DNA from: a bacterium
GTDB lineage: Bacteria > SM23-31
NCBI GenBank assembly: GCA_965249485.1
Contig: OZ252239.1
Span: 3,168,001-3,232,000 of the forward strand
DNA: 64,000 bases
Reading direction: 5' to 3'
Below, in pieces: positions 31,100 to 42,325 of this stretch (its first letter is position 1; each line of letters begins with the position of its first letter). The notes below the pieces were generated by a model, which was not told where the DNA came from, did not search any database, and saw only the letters and a list, made by a program, of their open reading frames with translations. A program made the position numbers and the translations under genes.

Positions 31100-31921
31100 T
31101 TATGGGAGAAATTCTGTCTCGATAGCAGTCAGTTTTGCAGCCACTTGGCCGAATATCACTTTACTTACCATTAATATCGGTATTTTTCGCTCATCATCAC
31201 TCAGGTATATATGAATTCTTCCTTGGTGTTTAAATAAGCCTTCTGTTTTCAGCTTCGGTTCAACAACAATACAGTTAAATTTGCCTGCCGGAACCCGGAT
31301 CTGCTTTTTTCCCTGTACTTTGACTTCAATATCGTAAACTTTATCGTTATCATAATGGGGAACTTCAATGATGTCACCAATCTTTAATTCCTGCGTACGG
31401 ACATAGAAAAATGCAGACAGAACATCCTGGCAATATGCCGGGATATCAACCGTATCATGTTGGCTAAATGCAGTATTGTTTTCCTGATCGAGTACAAATT
31501 TTCTTTCCTGACGCCACTTGCCTTCACTCAACTTTTTTTCAAATCCAAGCGAATATATCCCTAATGTATCGATATAAGAGATAATTTTATCGTCTACAGG
31601 ATAAATAGCTGAAATGAACCTGTTTGAGAGCACACGTGAACGGACTTCAAATGCTCCTCTGCCATTTCTCGTTACCACTTGCGGAATAGAAATTGTCGCC
31701 GTTCCGACCGTGCTTGGACCCCAATCGATGTCGAAGGTGAGTTTTTCACCGACAGAGAACGCGTTGTTAGAAATTACTCTTTGGTCCGCACTATTTTGGG
31801 ATGTACGGATTAATTCATTGTGCTTTCCTTCATCCGGATCGGAATGAATTTCGGATCTTAAAAAAAACACCCCCAGAAGAATCAGGAAACATGTATATGA
31901 TTTAGAAGTATGTAGAGCCAT
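31100..31921 (-). CDS. DUF3108 domain protein
   Basis: AFSVGEKLTF, QDVLSAFFYVR, VPAGKFNC, SDDERKIP. Confidence 0.8.
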   Translation of the reverse strand: MALHTSKSYTCFLILLGVFFLRSEIHSDPDEGKHNELIRTSQNSADQRVISNNAFSVGEKLTFDIDWGPSTVGTATISIPQVVTRNGRGAFEVRSRVLSNRFISAIYPVDDKIISYIDTLGIYSLGFEKKLSEGKWRQERKFVLDQENNTAFSQHDTVDIPAYCQDVLSAFFYVRTQELKIGDIIEVPHYDNDKVYDIEVKVQGKKQIRVPAGKFNCIVVEPKLKTEGLFKHQGRIHIYLSDDERKIPILMVSKVIFGQVAAKLTAIETEFLP

Positions 31922-31967
31922 ATAAGAATCACGTGTTTATTTAAATCCATTAGGATAATATACTGAC

Positions 31968-33047
31968 TCACGCATGAGAATGTTTCTTTTTGCCCGAATT
32001 TTCATGAATTAGTTTTTTGGCTGCCTGGCATACCATGTCAGGTGTTATCAACTCCATGCATCGTTTTTTTCTGCATGGTCCTCCATTGCAATCCGGACAT
32101 ACATTCATGTCCGGCACAAGCATATCTTTTTCTCTTCCATAGGCACCCCATCTCTGTGGAGATTCATGCCGGACAGGAGGATAGAGACCCAGAATCGGTG
32201 TGCCAATTGTGTTCGCCACGTGTAAAACACCAGTACTTGGAGCCAGTAGCAGTGCTGCAGATCGCAAAAATGCCGCGAGGACAGGCAGTGGATATACCTC
32301 TGGTAAAATTGACACTCCCGAACCGGCATGTTGATAAATATATTCTGCTAAATGTTTCTCTCCATGTCCCCAGGTTACGATAATTGGTATTTTTATTTCT
32401 TCATTCATGAGTCTGCAGGCTTCTGCAAAATTTTTCAGCGGCCAGTCCATTGCCGATCCTCTGCTGCCCGGATGAACAACAATACATTGTTCATTTGTAC
32501 TCAAACCAAGATTTTCAAAAATCTGTTGGGCAATTTTATCATCTTCTTTCGTAACAGAGAATTTAAATTGGGGAGTACTTACCGGTAAACCTACTGCTTT
32601 AAGGAGATTAATATTGTATTCCGATTCGTGTTTATCAGAAATTTTGCGATGTTCATAATGCTTTCTATTAAACAACCAGGAGTAGAATCGGTAAGCAGTT
32701 CCGATTCTGACCCGTATACCTGCACTCCACATGAGAAGTGCAAGCCTGAAGGTCGGATGGATCACAACTGCACAGTCAAAAGATTTGGATCGAAGTTCTT
32801 TGCGTAGTTCTAAAAATGGCCTGACAATCCCCGATTCAGAATCGTAATTGATGATAGTATCGATGTCCGGATTACGTTCTCCTATTATTGCAGTTGCACG
32901 GCTGCATAAAAGTGATATCCGGGCTTCCGGTACAATTGATTTAATCGAAGAAGCTACAGGAGTAGAGAGCATCACGTCACCGATTCGGTCTGTCCGAACC
33001 AATAAAAAGGTTCGAAGACTTTTATATTCCTGATTATCAGTTTTCAT
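31968..33047 (-). CDS. Glycosyltransferase family 9 (LPS heptosyltransferase-like)
   Basis: RTDRIGDVMLSTP, HPGSRGSAMDWP, STGVLHVA. Confidence 0.9.
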   Translation of the reverse strand: MKTDNQEYKSLRTFLLVRTDRIGDVMLSTPVASSIKSIVPEARISLLCSRATAIIGERNPDIDTIINYDSESGIVRPFLELRKELRSKSFDCAVVIHPTFRLALLMWSAGIRVRIGTAYRFYSWLFNRKHYEHRKISDKHESEYNINLLKAVGLPVSTPQFKFSVTKEDDKIAQQIFENLGLSTNEQCIVVHPGSRGSAMDWPLKNFAEACRLMNEEIKIPIIVTWGHGEKHLAEYIYQHAGSGVSILPEVYPLPVLAAFLRSAALLLAPSTGVLHVANTIGTPILGLYPPVRHESPQRWGAYGREKDMLVPDMNVCPDCNGGPCRKKRCMELITPDMVCQAAKKLIHENSGKKKHSHA

Positions 33048-33543
33048 TTCCATACTTTCCTTCAGCACCGCTTTGACTGTTATCCAGGAGTAGAATAGAT
33101 TTGATGCGCTCTATTTCCTTCTTAATACTCATAAAACACTCGTAGTATTCATCAGCATCACTGCCGATCGGGTCGTGAATGGTGTCATGTATCACTTCTT
33201 CTTTTTCCCGACCGAACCGCATCAGTAAATAGACTTTATCATAATATTTTGGATGATATGATAGAATATACTCAAGATGTTCCGGTGACATTGCGAGAAC
33301 AAGATCGGCTTCATTGAGCATCTCCTCGGTCAGCATTCTGGATGAATGTTTTGATAAATCGATGTCATGTTCTTCCGCTATAGTAATACTGTGTGATGAT
33401 GCCCGCAGTCCATCCGCAGCATGTGTTCCGGCAGAATGTATTGTCACACCAGCTTCTTTGAAACATTCCTTCAGTAGATATTCCGCCATTGGGCTTCTGC
33501 ACATGTTACCTGTACAGAGAAATAGTATAGTGTTGTAACGCAT
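33037..33543 (-). CDS. Low molecular weight protein tyrosine/arginine phosphatase
   Basis: CTGNMCRSPMAE, SAGT, DPIG. Confidence 0.93.
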   Translation of the reverse strand: MRYNTILFLCTGNMCRSPMAEYLLKECFKEAGVTIHSAGTHAADGLRASSHSITIAEEHDIDLSKHSSRMLTEEMLNEADLVLAMSPEHLEYILSYHPKYYDKVYLLMRFGREKEEVIHDTIHDPIGSDADEYYECFMSIKKEIERIKSILLLDNSQSGAEGKYGNEN

Positions 33544-33594
33544 TATACTCTTTCGTTTCTTTTTACTTACCTGCGTGTGATTTTTATTACGGTA

Positions 33595-34245
33595 CTACAA
33601 TACAGCACAATCTATATCAAGAACATTCTCAATTTCGTTTTTGGTAACTGCTCCCTCCCGAAGAATCAAAGGTTCCTCATTAACAATTGAAATGACCGTT
33701 GAGGGGATAGTACCCTGTGTGATTCCCGCATCAAGAATTAATTCTGCAGATAAAAGGATTGCCGTATTTATGTATTCAATCGAACTGCATTCCGGATCAC
33801 CGGAGAGGTTTGCACTTGTTGTGGTAATAGGCTTCCCGAATGCTTCTCCCAACCGCAAACACAGATTATTATCCGGAATACGAATGCCTATAGTCGCATC
33901 CTTTTCCTGTAGTGCTTCAGCAACAGAAGTAGAAGCTTTTCCGACAATTGTGAGCGCTCCCGGCCAAAATGCTTGCATCAGTTGTTTTCCTATTGCTGAA
34001 ATTTCAGTTAGATAGTGTTGTGCTGATGCGACATTAGAAACCATAACCGAAATTGACTTGGACAAATCCCGCTTCTTTAATGCAAACAAACGTTGAATCG
34101 CCATGCTGTTTTCCGCATCGACACCAAGTCCGTAAACTGTATCAGTGGGATAAATTATCATTCCACCTTTTTTTAGGATATCTGTTGCTAACTTTATTTC
34201 ATCCTGCCGCAGATTTTCAGGATCGATGGATATTATCTGACTCAT
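33595..34245 (-). CDS. tsaC: L-threonylcarbamoyladenylate synthase (Sua5/YrdC)
   Basis: PTDTVYGL, FWPGALT, TSANLSG, STVI, LREGA. Confidence 0.93.
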   Translation of the reverse strand: MSQIISIDPENLRQDEIKLATDILKKGGMIIYPTDTVYGLGVDAENSMAIQRLFALKKRDLSKSISVMVSNVASAQHYLTEISAIGKQLMQAFWPGALTIVGKASTSVAEALQEKDATIGIRIPDNNLCLRLGEAFGKPITTTSANLSGDPECSSIEYINTAILLSAELILDAGITQGTIPSTVISIVNEEPLILREGAVTKNEIENVLDIDCAVL

Positions 34246-34284
34246 TAATACTAATTCATCGTTAAATTCACAAGTGAAGATATG

Positions 34285-35301
34285 TTAAGATTTTTGAATG
34301 ATTGAAAACACCTTATCAACAACCTCTTCAGAGCTAATATCCTCCATACAACGGAAATGTTTCTCGGGACATGATCCTGTTCCATGGATGCTGCATGGCC
34401 TACAGTAAATGTCTTTCGCAATAATGGTATGCTGATCACCCCAGGGAGAAAAACCAAATTCAGGCACAGTCGGCCCGAAGAGCGCAATAACATGTGTTCC
34501 AGAAGCAACAGCAAGATGCATCAGGCCATTATCGTTTGTGACCACAACACTTACTTTCTTCAGTGCCGCAGCTGATTCTCGCAAATGCAGTTTTCCGGCA
34601 GCATTGTGAGTGTTTTTTGTTCCTGCTGCACAAATTCTTTCACACATTGTTTGCTCCTCCGGTCCCCCAAAACAGACAATATGAGTATCAGAATTATTAG
34701 TCAATTGTGCAACAATCATTTTATATCGTTCTTCGCCCCACTGTTTTGTAAACCATTTCGAACCCGGTCCGATTCCGACAATGGTTTCTGAATCATTAAT
34801 ACCGGATTCTTGCAAAAACAGTTCAGCATTTTTTCTATCTTTGTTAGAATATTTAATGACCGGATCAGGTGGCACACCAGTAATATTCAACGGTTGGAGA
34901 AGTTTATGATTTCGCTCAATTTCATGCAGATGTTTTGTATATTCTATTTTGTGCGTAAAGAGTAGCGATCCTGAACTTGTCGCAAAGCCTATACGGACAG
35001 GAATCTCAGAAAACCGCGCAAGCAGTGCTGAACGGAGAGACCTATGCGGAATAACCGCTGCATCATACTTGTTCAGCGCAATCTGTTTTGATATTCGGAA
35101 AAAACCCCTCGTATTACTGTCCTTTCCTCTCTTGTCAAAAATATGCACATGTGTAATCCGTTCATCTTCTTCATAGAGAGGTGCAGCTTCCGGTTTGACA
35201 ACTAAATCGACTGTGTGGCCATCCCGGTGAAGAGACTCAATAAGAGGCGAGCACAGAATCGCATCACCAATAAACGCTGTCTGAATTATCAAAACATTCA
35301 T
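34285..35301 (-). CDS. waaF: LPS heptosyltransferase II-like (GT9)
   Basis: QTAFIGDAIL, PGSKWFTKQW, NDNGLMHLA, FGPT. Confidence 0.8.
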   Translation of the reverse strand: MNVLIIQTAFIGDAILCSPLIESLHRDGHTVDLVVKPEAAPLYEEDERITHVHIFDKRGKDSNTRGFFRISKQIALNKYDAAVIPHRSLRSALLARFSEIPVRIGFATSSGSLLFTHKIEYTKHLHEIERNHKLLQPLNITGVPPDPVIKYSNKDRKNAELFLQESGINDSETIVGIGPGSKWFTKQWGEERYKMIVAQLTNNSDTHIVCFGGPEEQTMCERICAAGTKNTHNAAGKLHLRESAAALKKVSVVVTNDNGLMHLAVASGTHVIALFGPTVPEFGFSPWGDQHTIIAKDIYCRPCSIHGTGSCPEKHFRCMEDISSEEVVDKVFSIIQKS

Positions 35302-35336
35302 AATAAACACATCATTGATTATCCGTGATTATCCAT

Positions 35337-36218
35337 TCAATGGTAAATTCCAGCTGTTTTCCACCGTTTGTGCATCCAGAAATACTGGTCCGGATACTGC
35401 CGAACATACGATTCAATTACTGAAGTATAACGCCTCGTTATTTCGCGAATTTTTTCATTTTTGTTTTCAGGAAGATTTTCATACGATATCGATTGAAATT
35501 CTGCCCGGTATGCCGTTCGTCCTGTCCGAATAATCATACTGACAAACATGGGTGCATTTGAGCGGACAGCAAGGATCGCTGGTCCTGCAGGTGTAGAAGA
35601 TTCGACACCGAAAAAGGGAACGAAGATTCCTTTCGATCCAGCATCCTGATCGGCAACAAGCCCAACCACTTTTTTTTGTGCAACCGATTTGGATACCATC
35701 CGGAATCCGTCCTTTACCTTTATAACACCAATCTTGTTTTTTGATCGCATGGAGTCCACAAGCTTTTCGACATGCGGATTTTTCATCGCTTTCACAACAA
35801 TATCGGTGGGGATGCCAGCACGTACAAATGATACTCCCATCAACTCGAATGAAGAAAAGTGGGCAGTCACTCCAATACACCCTTTATTTTGAGCCATCAA
35901 ATCATGTAAAAATCTGGGAGGGCTAAATTGCACTAATTTGTCGAGTTTATTCGGAGGTAAAGACGATAAACACAGATATTCCAGAAATGTCATGCCGAAA
36001 TTCCGGTATGTGTTCAGACAAATTTGTTGGATTTCTCGTTGAGATTTTTCAGGAAAGGCAGCTCGCAGATTGGTATGTGCAACACTACGTCGAATCGGAA
36101 TAACATAATGGATAAACCATCCAACACCTGAGCCGATTCTGCTGACAAGTGATAAGGGTAAAAGTTGTATTATAAATACTAATGTACGTGTTACAACATA
36201 TTCTAAGAGAAATTTCAC
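35337..36218 (-). CDS. Lipid A biosynthesis acyltransferase (LpxL/HtrB family)
   Basis: HFSSFE, ADQD, VPFFG, PDQYFWMHKRWK. Confidence 0.9.
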   Translation of the reverse strand: MKFLLEYVVTRTLVFIIQLLPLSLVSRIGSGVGWFIHYVIPIRRSVAHTNLRAAFPEKSQREIQQICLNTYRNFGMTFLEYLCLSSLPPNKLDKLVQFSPPRFLHDLMAQNKGCIGVTAHFSSFELMGVSFVRAGIPTDIVVKAMKNPHVEKLVDSMRSKNKIGVIKVKDGFRMVSKSVAQKKVVGLVADQDAGSKGIFVPFFGVESSTPAGPAILAVRSNAPMFVSMIIRTGRTAYRAEFQSISYENLPENKNEKIREITRRYTSVIESYVRQYPDQYFWMHKRWKTAGIYH

Positions 36219-36447
36219 TTCAGTGTGATGTTAATTTTCAAATTCCGTAGAAAACATTTAGTTCCGAACCCCCAAACGGTGCATAAGTATACATATTGAT
36301 GAAAGAAAATGCAAGCATAAAAACTGATCCGAACACTCTTACAATCTCTACTTTTCAAGGCATAAAAAATCTTTATATTTGGATGAATTCTTTGTATATT
36401 GTGTCCTTAATTTTAAAAGAGCTTTTTGTAGAAAGCGAAAAATTTTA

Positions 36448-37425
36448 ATGTATTTACGGCCAATTATCGCATGTGTAATTTTACTCTTCATATCCTGTTC
36501 AGACTCTAATATCAATCCCCTTGTCGGGCTGATTGACAGAGGAGATATTCAAGCTCCTGATCAGCTTGCGCAGCCTACACTTTCCGATGTCGGAAATGGT
36601 GAGATATCTGTATCGTGGCTTGCAAGTGATGCGCCCGATGTTGCAGGCTACCGACTTTCCCGCGCAGCAAATGAAGACAATCTATCCAAATTCGAAATAG
36701 TTTTCGACTCTCTTGCAATAGGTTTTCACGATATAAATCTCGTGTATACAACCGTTTATTATTACCGTGTATCTGCTTACGATTCCACCGGAAATGTGAG
36801 CGATTTGAGTAATGCTTCATCAGGGATACCACACAATACACTTCCTCCTTCAAATCCGGTAAATCTTATAACTTTTGGTCAAAACATCAGTTCACCTCTC
36901 GTTGAGTTGTCATGGGATAAAAATCCTGAAACTGATGTATCTACTTATTTAATTTACCGATCAATCGAAAACAACTTCACATCGGACAAATCGACATTTC
37001 TTGACTCGACAAGTACACCACTGTTCTTCGACACTGAAATCTCAGTTAACGTTCATTATTATTATGCCATCAAAGCTAAAGACAAAGGAGGATTGACAAG
37101 TAACGCTTCTGAAATTGATTCGGATATCGCACTATTGCAACCTGAATTATTGTCGCCGGTCAATGGCCTTCAAGTGCAGCCAATCACGTTTTTTACCTGG
37201 GAACCAGTCGAAAATGCCATTCAATATATGGTTTTTGTACAATCCTCAAGCGAAGAAGAAGAGCTTTGGACTGCATTAGTGGAAAACTCGCAAAATTCGA
37301 TACAATATAACGGAGAAACAGCATTAATATCAGGAACTGAGTACACTTGGAAAGTCGCTACTATTACAAAAGACCCGCAGAAATTGAATTCATTATCGTC
37401 TACAGAACGGTTTGCAATTCAATGA
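36448..37425 (+). CDS. Fibronectin type III repeat lipoprotein
   Basis: Lipobox FISC; Fn3 motifs YYYRVSAYD.GN.S and YYYAIKAKD.GG. Confidence 0.8.
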   Translation: MYLRPIIACVILLFISCSDSNINPLVGLIDRGDIQAPDQLAQPTLSDVGNGEISVSWLASDAPDVAGYRLSRAANEDNLSKFEIVFDSLAIGFHDINLVYTTVYYYRVSAYDSTGNVSDLSNASSGIPHNTLPPSNPVNLITFGQNISSPLVELSWDKNPETDVSTYLIYRSIENNFTSDKSTFLDSTSTPLFFDTEISVNVHYYYAIKAKDKGGLTSNASEIDSDIALLQPELLSPVNGLQVQPITFFTWEPVENAIQYMVFVQSSSEEEELWTALVENSQNSIQYNGETALISGTEYTWKVATITKDPQKLNSLSSTERFAIQ

Positions 37426-37496
37426 TTGAAACGGCTGCTATTTCGAATGAAGACAAGACACCACATCAAATACTTTGCATACGGTTATAAATTCTG

Positions 37497-38870
37497 ATGA
37501 GTTCCCCACATGTACAATTCGAAGACACGCTACTCCGCGGCAATATAACCAAAAACATTGTTGTTCTCGCTCTCCCTATTATTACTGCACATTTTTTTGC
37601 AAATGCTTACTATATCATCGATATGATTTTTGTCGGCAGACTGGGTCCGGAAGCACTCGCTGCAGTCAGTATGGGCGGAACTCTGATGTCTCTTGCATGG
37701 ACACTTCTTGTTGGATTATCAATCGGGACTTCGTCTCTTACGGCACGGTATTACGGTTCTCAGAATGCGGAAATGGTTGAGAAAATTGCTTACCACTCAC
37801 TTCTTCTATCTTTTATTGTCTCTCTCTTTTTGGCAATTTTCGGAATTATCTGGACACCGGCACTGTTGAAATTGCTGGGAGGATCGGAAGAAGTCGTCAG
37901 GCTCGGAACAACCTACACAAGAATTGTTTTCAGCGGTGCCGGTGGATTGATATTCATGTTTATTATCAATTCACTGTTCAGGGGCAGCGGTGATGTTAAA
38001 ATACCGATGTACACACTCGGCATTTCATCTTTCCTCAATATAGCACTTGATCCTTTACTGATATTCGGAATCGGCCCCTTTCCGGAGCTTGGCATTAAAG
38101 GAGCTGCGATTGCTACGGTAATCGGTCAGGGTTCTGGAGCACTCTTCAGTTTATATATTCTGTTTAAAGGATTTTCCCGAATAAAACTTGCTCACATATT
38201 TTTCCCTATTGACACAAACACACTTAAATCAATTATCAACATTTCTATCCCCGGCTCTCTGCAAAACCTGACGTATTTTATCAGCGGAGTTATCCTCATG
38301 CGGCTGGTAGCCGCCTTCGGTACGGTCGCGGTCGCAGCGTATGGTATCGGAATTCGCCTCGACATTATGGTGATGCTGCCCGGCTGGGCGATCGGCGCAG
38401 CGGTCTCAACAATTCTTGGTCAGAATCTTGGCGCTAAACAACCCGACAGAGCAGAAAAGACCGGCTGGCACGGAGCAGGTTTGTACTTTCTATTACTGTT
38501 CGTTGTGTGCGGACTCCTCTGGCTTTTTGCTCCACAGGTTATTGCGTTTTTCAATGCTGATCCAACAGTCGTTTCAATCGGAGGGAGCTACATCCGAATT
38601 GTTGCGGTCGGTTATGTATTTCTTTCGACTGCACTTATCTTGAACATGGCGATGAACGGAGCAGGATATACCTTTGTTCCGATGCTGCTTATTGCAATAG
38701 CTCACCTCGGGATCCGTGTTCCCGCTGCATATTTATTTACCGGCACATTGGATATGGGTACAAAAGGAATCTGGCTTGCTATATCAGGGTCACTGATTTT
38801 ACAGGCTGTGCTAGCTGCAATCTGGTTCCGCCTTGGCCACTGGAAGCACAAAAAAGTATCACATGAGTAG
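37497..38870 (+). CDS. MATE family efflux transporter
   Basis: DMIFVGRLG, RGSGD, NIALDPLLIFG, GAAIAT, GQNLGA. Confidence 0.95.
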   Translation: MSSPHVQFEDTLLRGNITKNIVVLALPIITAHFFANAYYIIDMIFVGRLGPEALAAVSMGGTLMSLAWTLLVGLSIGTSSLTARYYGSQNAEMVEKIAYHSLLLSFIVSLFLAIFGIIWTPALLKLLGGSEEVVRLGTTYTRIVFSGAGGLIFMFIINSLFRGSGDVKIPMYTLGISSFLNIALDPLLIFGIGPFPELGIKGAAIATVIGQGSGALFSLYILFKGFSRIKLAHIFFPIDTNTLKSIINISIPGSLQNLTYFISGVILMRLVAAFGTVAVAAYGIGIRLDIMVMLPGWAIGAAVSTILGQNLGAKQPDRAEKTGWHGAGLYFLLLFVVCGLLWLFAPQVIAFFNADPTVVSIGGSYIRIVAVGYVFLSTALILNMAMNGAGYTFVPMLLIAIAHLGIRVPAAYLFTGTLDMGTKGIWLAISGSLILQAVLAAIWFRLGHWKHKKVSHE

Positions 38871-38985
38871 TTTTATTTATAAATAAATTAATCCTCCCTT
38901 AAATATTCCATAAAAAACAATATGTTTATGTATCAAATTCGGTTTTCCGATTTTAGAACTTGTTTGCTAAAAATATAGTATAAAT

Positions 38986-39013
38986 TAAGCTTACCGAACG
39001 AAAATGCCGATAT
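38986..39013 (+). promoter_or_regulatory. Possible sigma28-type promoter
   Basis: TAAG-N16-GCCGATAT upstream of 39092. Confidence 0.45.
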
Positions 39014-39091
39014 TTTTAGAGAAGTAGTACAAAGGAAATAATCTGTACAGGGAGGTAGTACACAATCATTCAATAAAACCGAGACAGATCT

Positions 39092-41740
39092 ATGCTGTCT
39101 GGCAGTGTGCGACATTCACTATATACTTCCGTTCTCTACGGAATTATCCTTGGATTGATTACATCTCTCTTTGCATGTAAAGGAGAAGAATCATTCCCAA
39201 TTCCAACACTTGTTGATGAAATTGCGGATAATACTGCGCCGAGTTTACCGTTTGAACCATTTCCTTCAGATAAGGCGACGAATGTATCTTGCACAACTAT
39301 ATTAACCTGGAACGCAACCGACGACGATAACGGAGAATTGAGCTTCGAAGTATTTTTTGGTCCTGATTCATCTGCCTTCAAAAATATCCTTGACATTTTC
39401 AGTACCACCGAAAAAACGTTCAAACTTAATCAAGCACTTACTCAAAATGTTGAATATTTTTGGAAAATCAATGTCCGCGACGAGATCGGTAACTGGACAT
39501 TTGGTAATGTTTGGTCTTTTACAACCGGCATTGAACTTACCAATCCTCCGTTTGTCACCATTCTTGCACCTGCAAATAATGCCGAATTTAACATAAATGA
39601 CCCTATTACGTTCAGAGCTTTAGTCACCGATATCGAAGACACTACTTTGTCTGGCAATGCCCTTGTATGGCAGTCGAATATTGACGGCACTGTCGGTCAA
39701 GACAGTTTTTTTGTGCACACTTCTCTAAGTGCCGGGATTCATACCATTACACTCACCGCTACCGACACTCACAACAAAACAACTTCAGAATCTATTGTAA
39801 TAGCGGTTGATGATACAACTGCAGATAATATTGCACCTTCGGCGACAATAGAATTCCCAAATAGTGGCTCTATATTCGGTGATGAAGATACCATTATGCT
39901 TAGGGGAATAGGACGGGATTTGGAGGATGGTGCATTAGCAGACGACAAATTGAGTTGGAATTCATCAATTGACAATTTTTTGGGAAACGGATCAGAACTT
40001 TCGACTCTATTAACGGAAGGCACACATACAGTAACACTCCAGGTTACCGACAGCGATGGACTTACCCATGAAACACAGATTCTGATTATTATTGACAGTT
40101 CAACAAACACACCACCGAATGCTCAGATTGATGAGCCCGATAACAACGCTTCATTTGCAGAAGGCGAAGACATAATCTTCCGCGGTTCTGCCACAGATCT
40201 TGAAGACAACCCTAACGATTTAACATACACCTGGTCAGCCGATGAATCAATCATTTTAGGCTCGGGATTTATAATAAATACTAACGAACTCAGCGTTGGA
40301 CAACATACAATCACATTGCTGGTCGAAGATCCAAGAGGGGCCAGCGACACTGAGCAGATAACCATCAACATTACACCAATCGGTGCAGGAAATCAATCCC
40401 CCACAGCTGAAATTCAGCAGCCGTCAAATGAGCAAGTAATTAATCAGGGAAATTTGGTTATTCTGCAGGGTTCGGGTACCGATCCGGAGGATGTGACCAT
40501 TCAGGGATTCCGTCTCAGTTGGTCTTCCGATATAAACGGAGTTCTCGGAACAGGACAATCGTTATTTATTGATTCACTTCAGCCAGGTAAACACACAATA
40601 ACGTTTACGGCACGAGACAGCGGCGGAAAAGAACATTCAACAAGTATCACTTTGTTTATAAACGGCACCACAAATTCTCCACCGGTAGCACGATTTGGTA
40701 TGGTGCAGACATTACCGCCGCCGGCTCCAAATACAGTTGAATTGAATCTCGACGCTGTTGGTATATATGATACACAAGATTCACCATCTCTTATGGTAGT
40801 AAAATGGGACTTTGATAATGACGGCATTTATGATACGCAGTTTTCTAGTATCAAAACTGCTGATTTTTCTTATACAGTCAGTGATGAGCCTCATTTCATC
40901 AGAATGATGGTTCGGGATAACGAAGGTTTGACCGATGAGGTGATTTTACTGGTTCCGGAGAAAATTTTCATTCCGGCATCTGACTTTAAAATGGGAGTTT
41001 CTTCAGGTTCAGAAATTGATGAACAACCCCAACATACAGTATCAATAAATGATTATTATATAGGACGGTTCGAGGTGACAAACTGGCAATTCGCACAATT
41101 TCTGACAGAAAATCCGTCAGATGGTACCGCTTATTATTCAAGCCAAATCTCCATCACCAATCCTGAATCAGGAGTATATCTTTCGTTACAAGGATCTGAA
41201 AATTTTCCTGTCCGGTATGTTGAGTGGAATGCTGCTCAGGCGTTTGCAGAATGGAATCAAGGACGTCTCCCGACTGAGGCAGAGTGGGAAAAAGCAGCAC
41301 GTGGAGGGCTGTTTCTCGAAGCAGGTAATTCAAATCCCAATCTTCTTCCGAGCAGACAGTATCCATGGGGAAACGGCGGTATCAGTCTTAATCATGCAAA
41401 TTATTTAATTGTGGGACGTCCGTTTGACGGATTGGCCCCGGTGGCTACCTATACTGGTCAAACAGTAAACTCAATTCAGACAATCAATAATGGCTCGCCT
41501 TATGGTGTGTATGATTTGCTCGGAAATATTGGCGAGTGGGTTTCTGACTGGTATCAGGCGGACTATTACAATAGTTCACCTGCATCAAATCCCTCAGGAC
41601 CAGCAAGCGGAACACTGAAAGTCATTCGAGGAGGATCGTTCGATAATGTTGAGAGTGATATCCTCATTAGTAGAAGATTTCAGGCCCTGCCGACGGCACG
41701 GCCCTATAACGTTGGAATACGATTCGCTCAATCACCTTAG
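39092..41740 (+). CDS. Lipoprotein with tandem PKD/Ig-like repeats and C-terminal FGE-sulfatase (SUMF1) domain
   Basis: Lipobox LFAC; RLPTEAEWEKAARG, YPWG, YDLLGNIGEW, RGGSF, GIRFA. Confidence 0.88.
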   Translation: MLSGSVRHSLYTSVLYGIILGLITSLFACKGEESFPIPTLVDEIADNTAPSLPFEPFPSDKATNVSCTTILTWNATDDDNGELSFEVFFGPDSSAFKNILDIFSTTEKTFKLNQALTQNVEYFWKINVRDEIGNWTFGNVWSFTTGIELTNPPFVTILAPANNAEFNINDPITFRALVTDIEDTTLSGNALVWQSNIDGTVGQDSFFVHTSLSAGIHTITLTATDTHNKTTSESIVIAVDDTTADNIAPSATIEFPNSGSIFGDEDTIMLRGIGRDLEDGALADDKLSWNSSIDNFLGNGSELSTLLTEGTHTVTLQVTDSDGLTHETQILIIIDSSTNTPPNAQIDEPDNNASFAEGEDIIFRGSATDLEDNPNDLTYTWSADESIILGSGFIINTNELSVGQHTITLLVEDPRGASDTEQITINITPIGAGNQSPTAEIQQPSNEQVINQGNLVILQGSGTDPEDVTIQGFRLSWSSDINGVLGTGQSLFIDSLQPGKHTITFTARDSGGKEHSTSITLFINGTTNSPPVARFGMVQTLPPPAPNTVELNLDAVGIYDTQDSPSLMVVKWDFDNDGIYDTQFSSIKTADFSYTVSDEPHFIRMMVRDNEGLTDEVILLVPEKIFIPASDFKMGVSSGSEIDEQPQHTVSINDYYIGRFEVTNWQFAQFLTENPSDGTAYYSSQISITNPESGVYLSLQGSENFPVRYVEWNAAQAFAEWNQGRLPTEAEWEKAARGGLFLEAGNSNPNLLPSRQYPWGNGGISLNHANYLIVGRPFDGLAPVATYTGQTVNSIQTINNGSPYGVYDLLGNIGEWVSDWYQADYYNSSPASNPSGPASGTLKVIRGGSFDNVESDILISRRFQALPTARPYNVGIRFAQSP
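39538..40680 (+). repeat. Four ~95-aa PKD/Ig-like protein repeats
   Basis: Recurring N..P.A.I..P ... D.ED ... W.S..DG.LG ... G.HTITL...D. Confidence 0.8.
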
Positions 41741-41838
41741 TAATAACCTCGTGCAAAAAATTTCGGAATGAATCCGAAATGTGTTGATTCTTTCAAATTT
41801 CTTCCTACTTTTCCTACTCAACAATATTACTGAACTAT

Positions 41839-42276
41839 ATGGCACTCTTCGGATTAAAGAGAAAAAAAACGCAGTTTGAACGGTATGATGGTTTCCGGAC
41901 TAAAATAAATTATAGCTGCAAGGGTGAGCTCAAAAATGCTTTGTTTGATCTCCCTGAACCTATCAACCAACATTTTCTCGAGTATTTAAAACCTTTTGGT
42001 TATCCCATATTGATTGCGAGAAATCATTATGAAATCAGTAGAGAAAATTTCTTCAGATTAATGATTGTAATCGGTAGGAACAGCTTTCAAGCGAGGTTTA
42101 CAAAAAATTGTGATATCCGGGCAAAAGAACTGCTTATCCAACAGATTCAGCTGGCTCTCGGAGAACAACTACCCAGTGACCTGCCGACCCGCTGTCCCGA
42201 AAATGCGCTAAATGTTTCTGAAAACTATCTAAAAATTGATCTCACGAAATGTGCCTTTTGTTTAGAATGTGTATAA
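41839..42276 (+). CDS. Hypothetical protein with C-terminal ferredoxin-like Cys motif
   Basis: CPENAL...IDLTKCAFCLECV*. Confidence 0.65.
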   Translation: MALFGLKRKKTQFERYDGFRTKINYSCKGELKNALFDLPEPINQHFLEYLKPFGYPILIARNHYEISRENFFRLMIVIGRNSFQARFTKNCDIRAKELLIQQIQLALGEQLPSDLPTRCPENALNVSENYLKIDLTKCAFCLECV

Positions 42277-42325
42277 TACAACAATCTACGCACTCTACGA
42301 TCTTAAATCGCTTATTTTATCTCGC

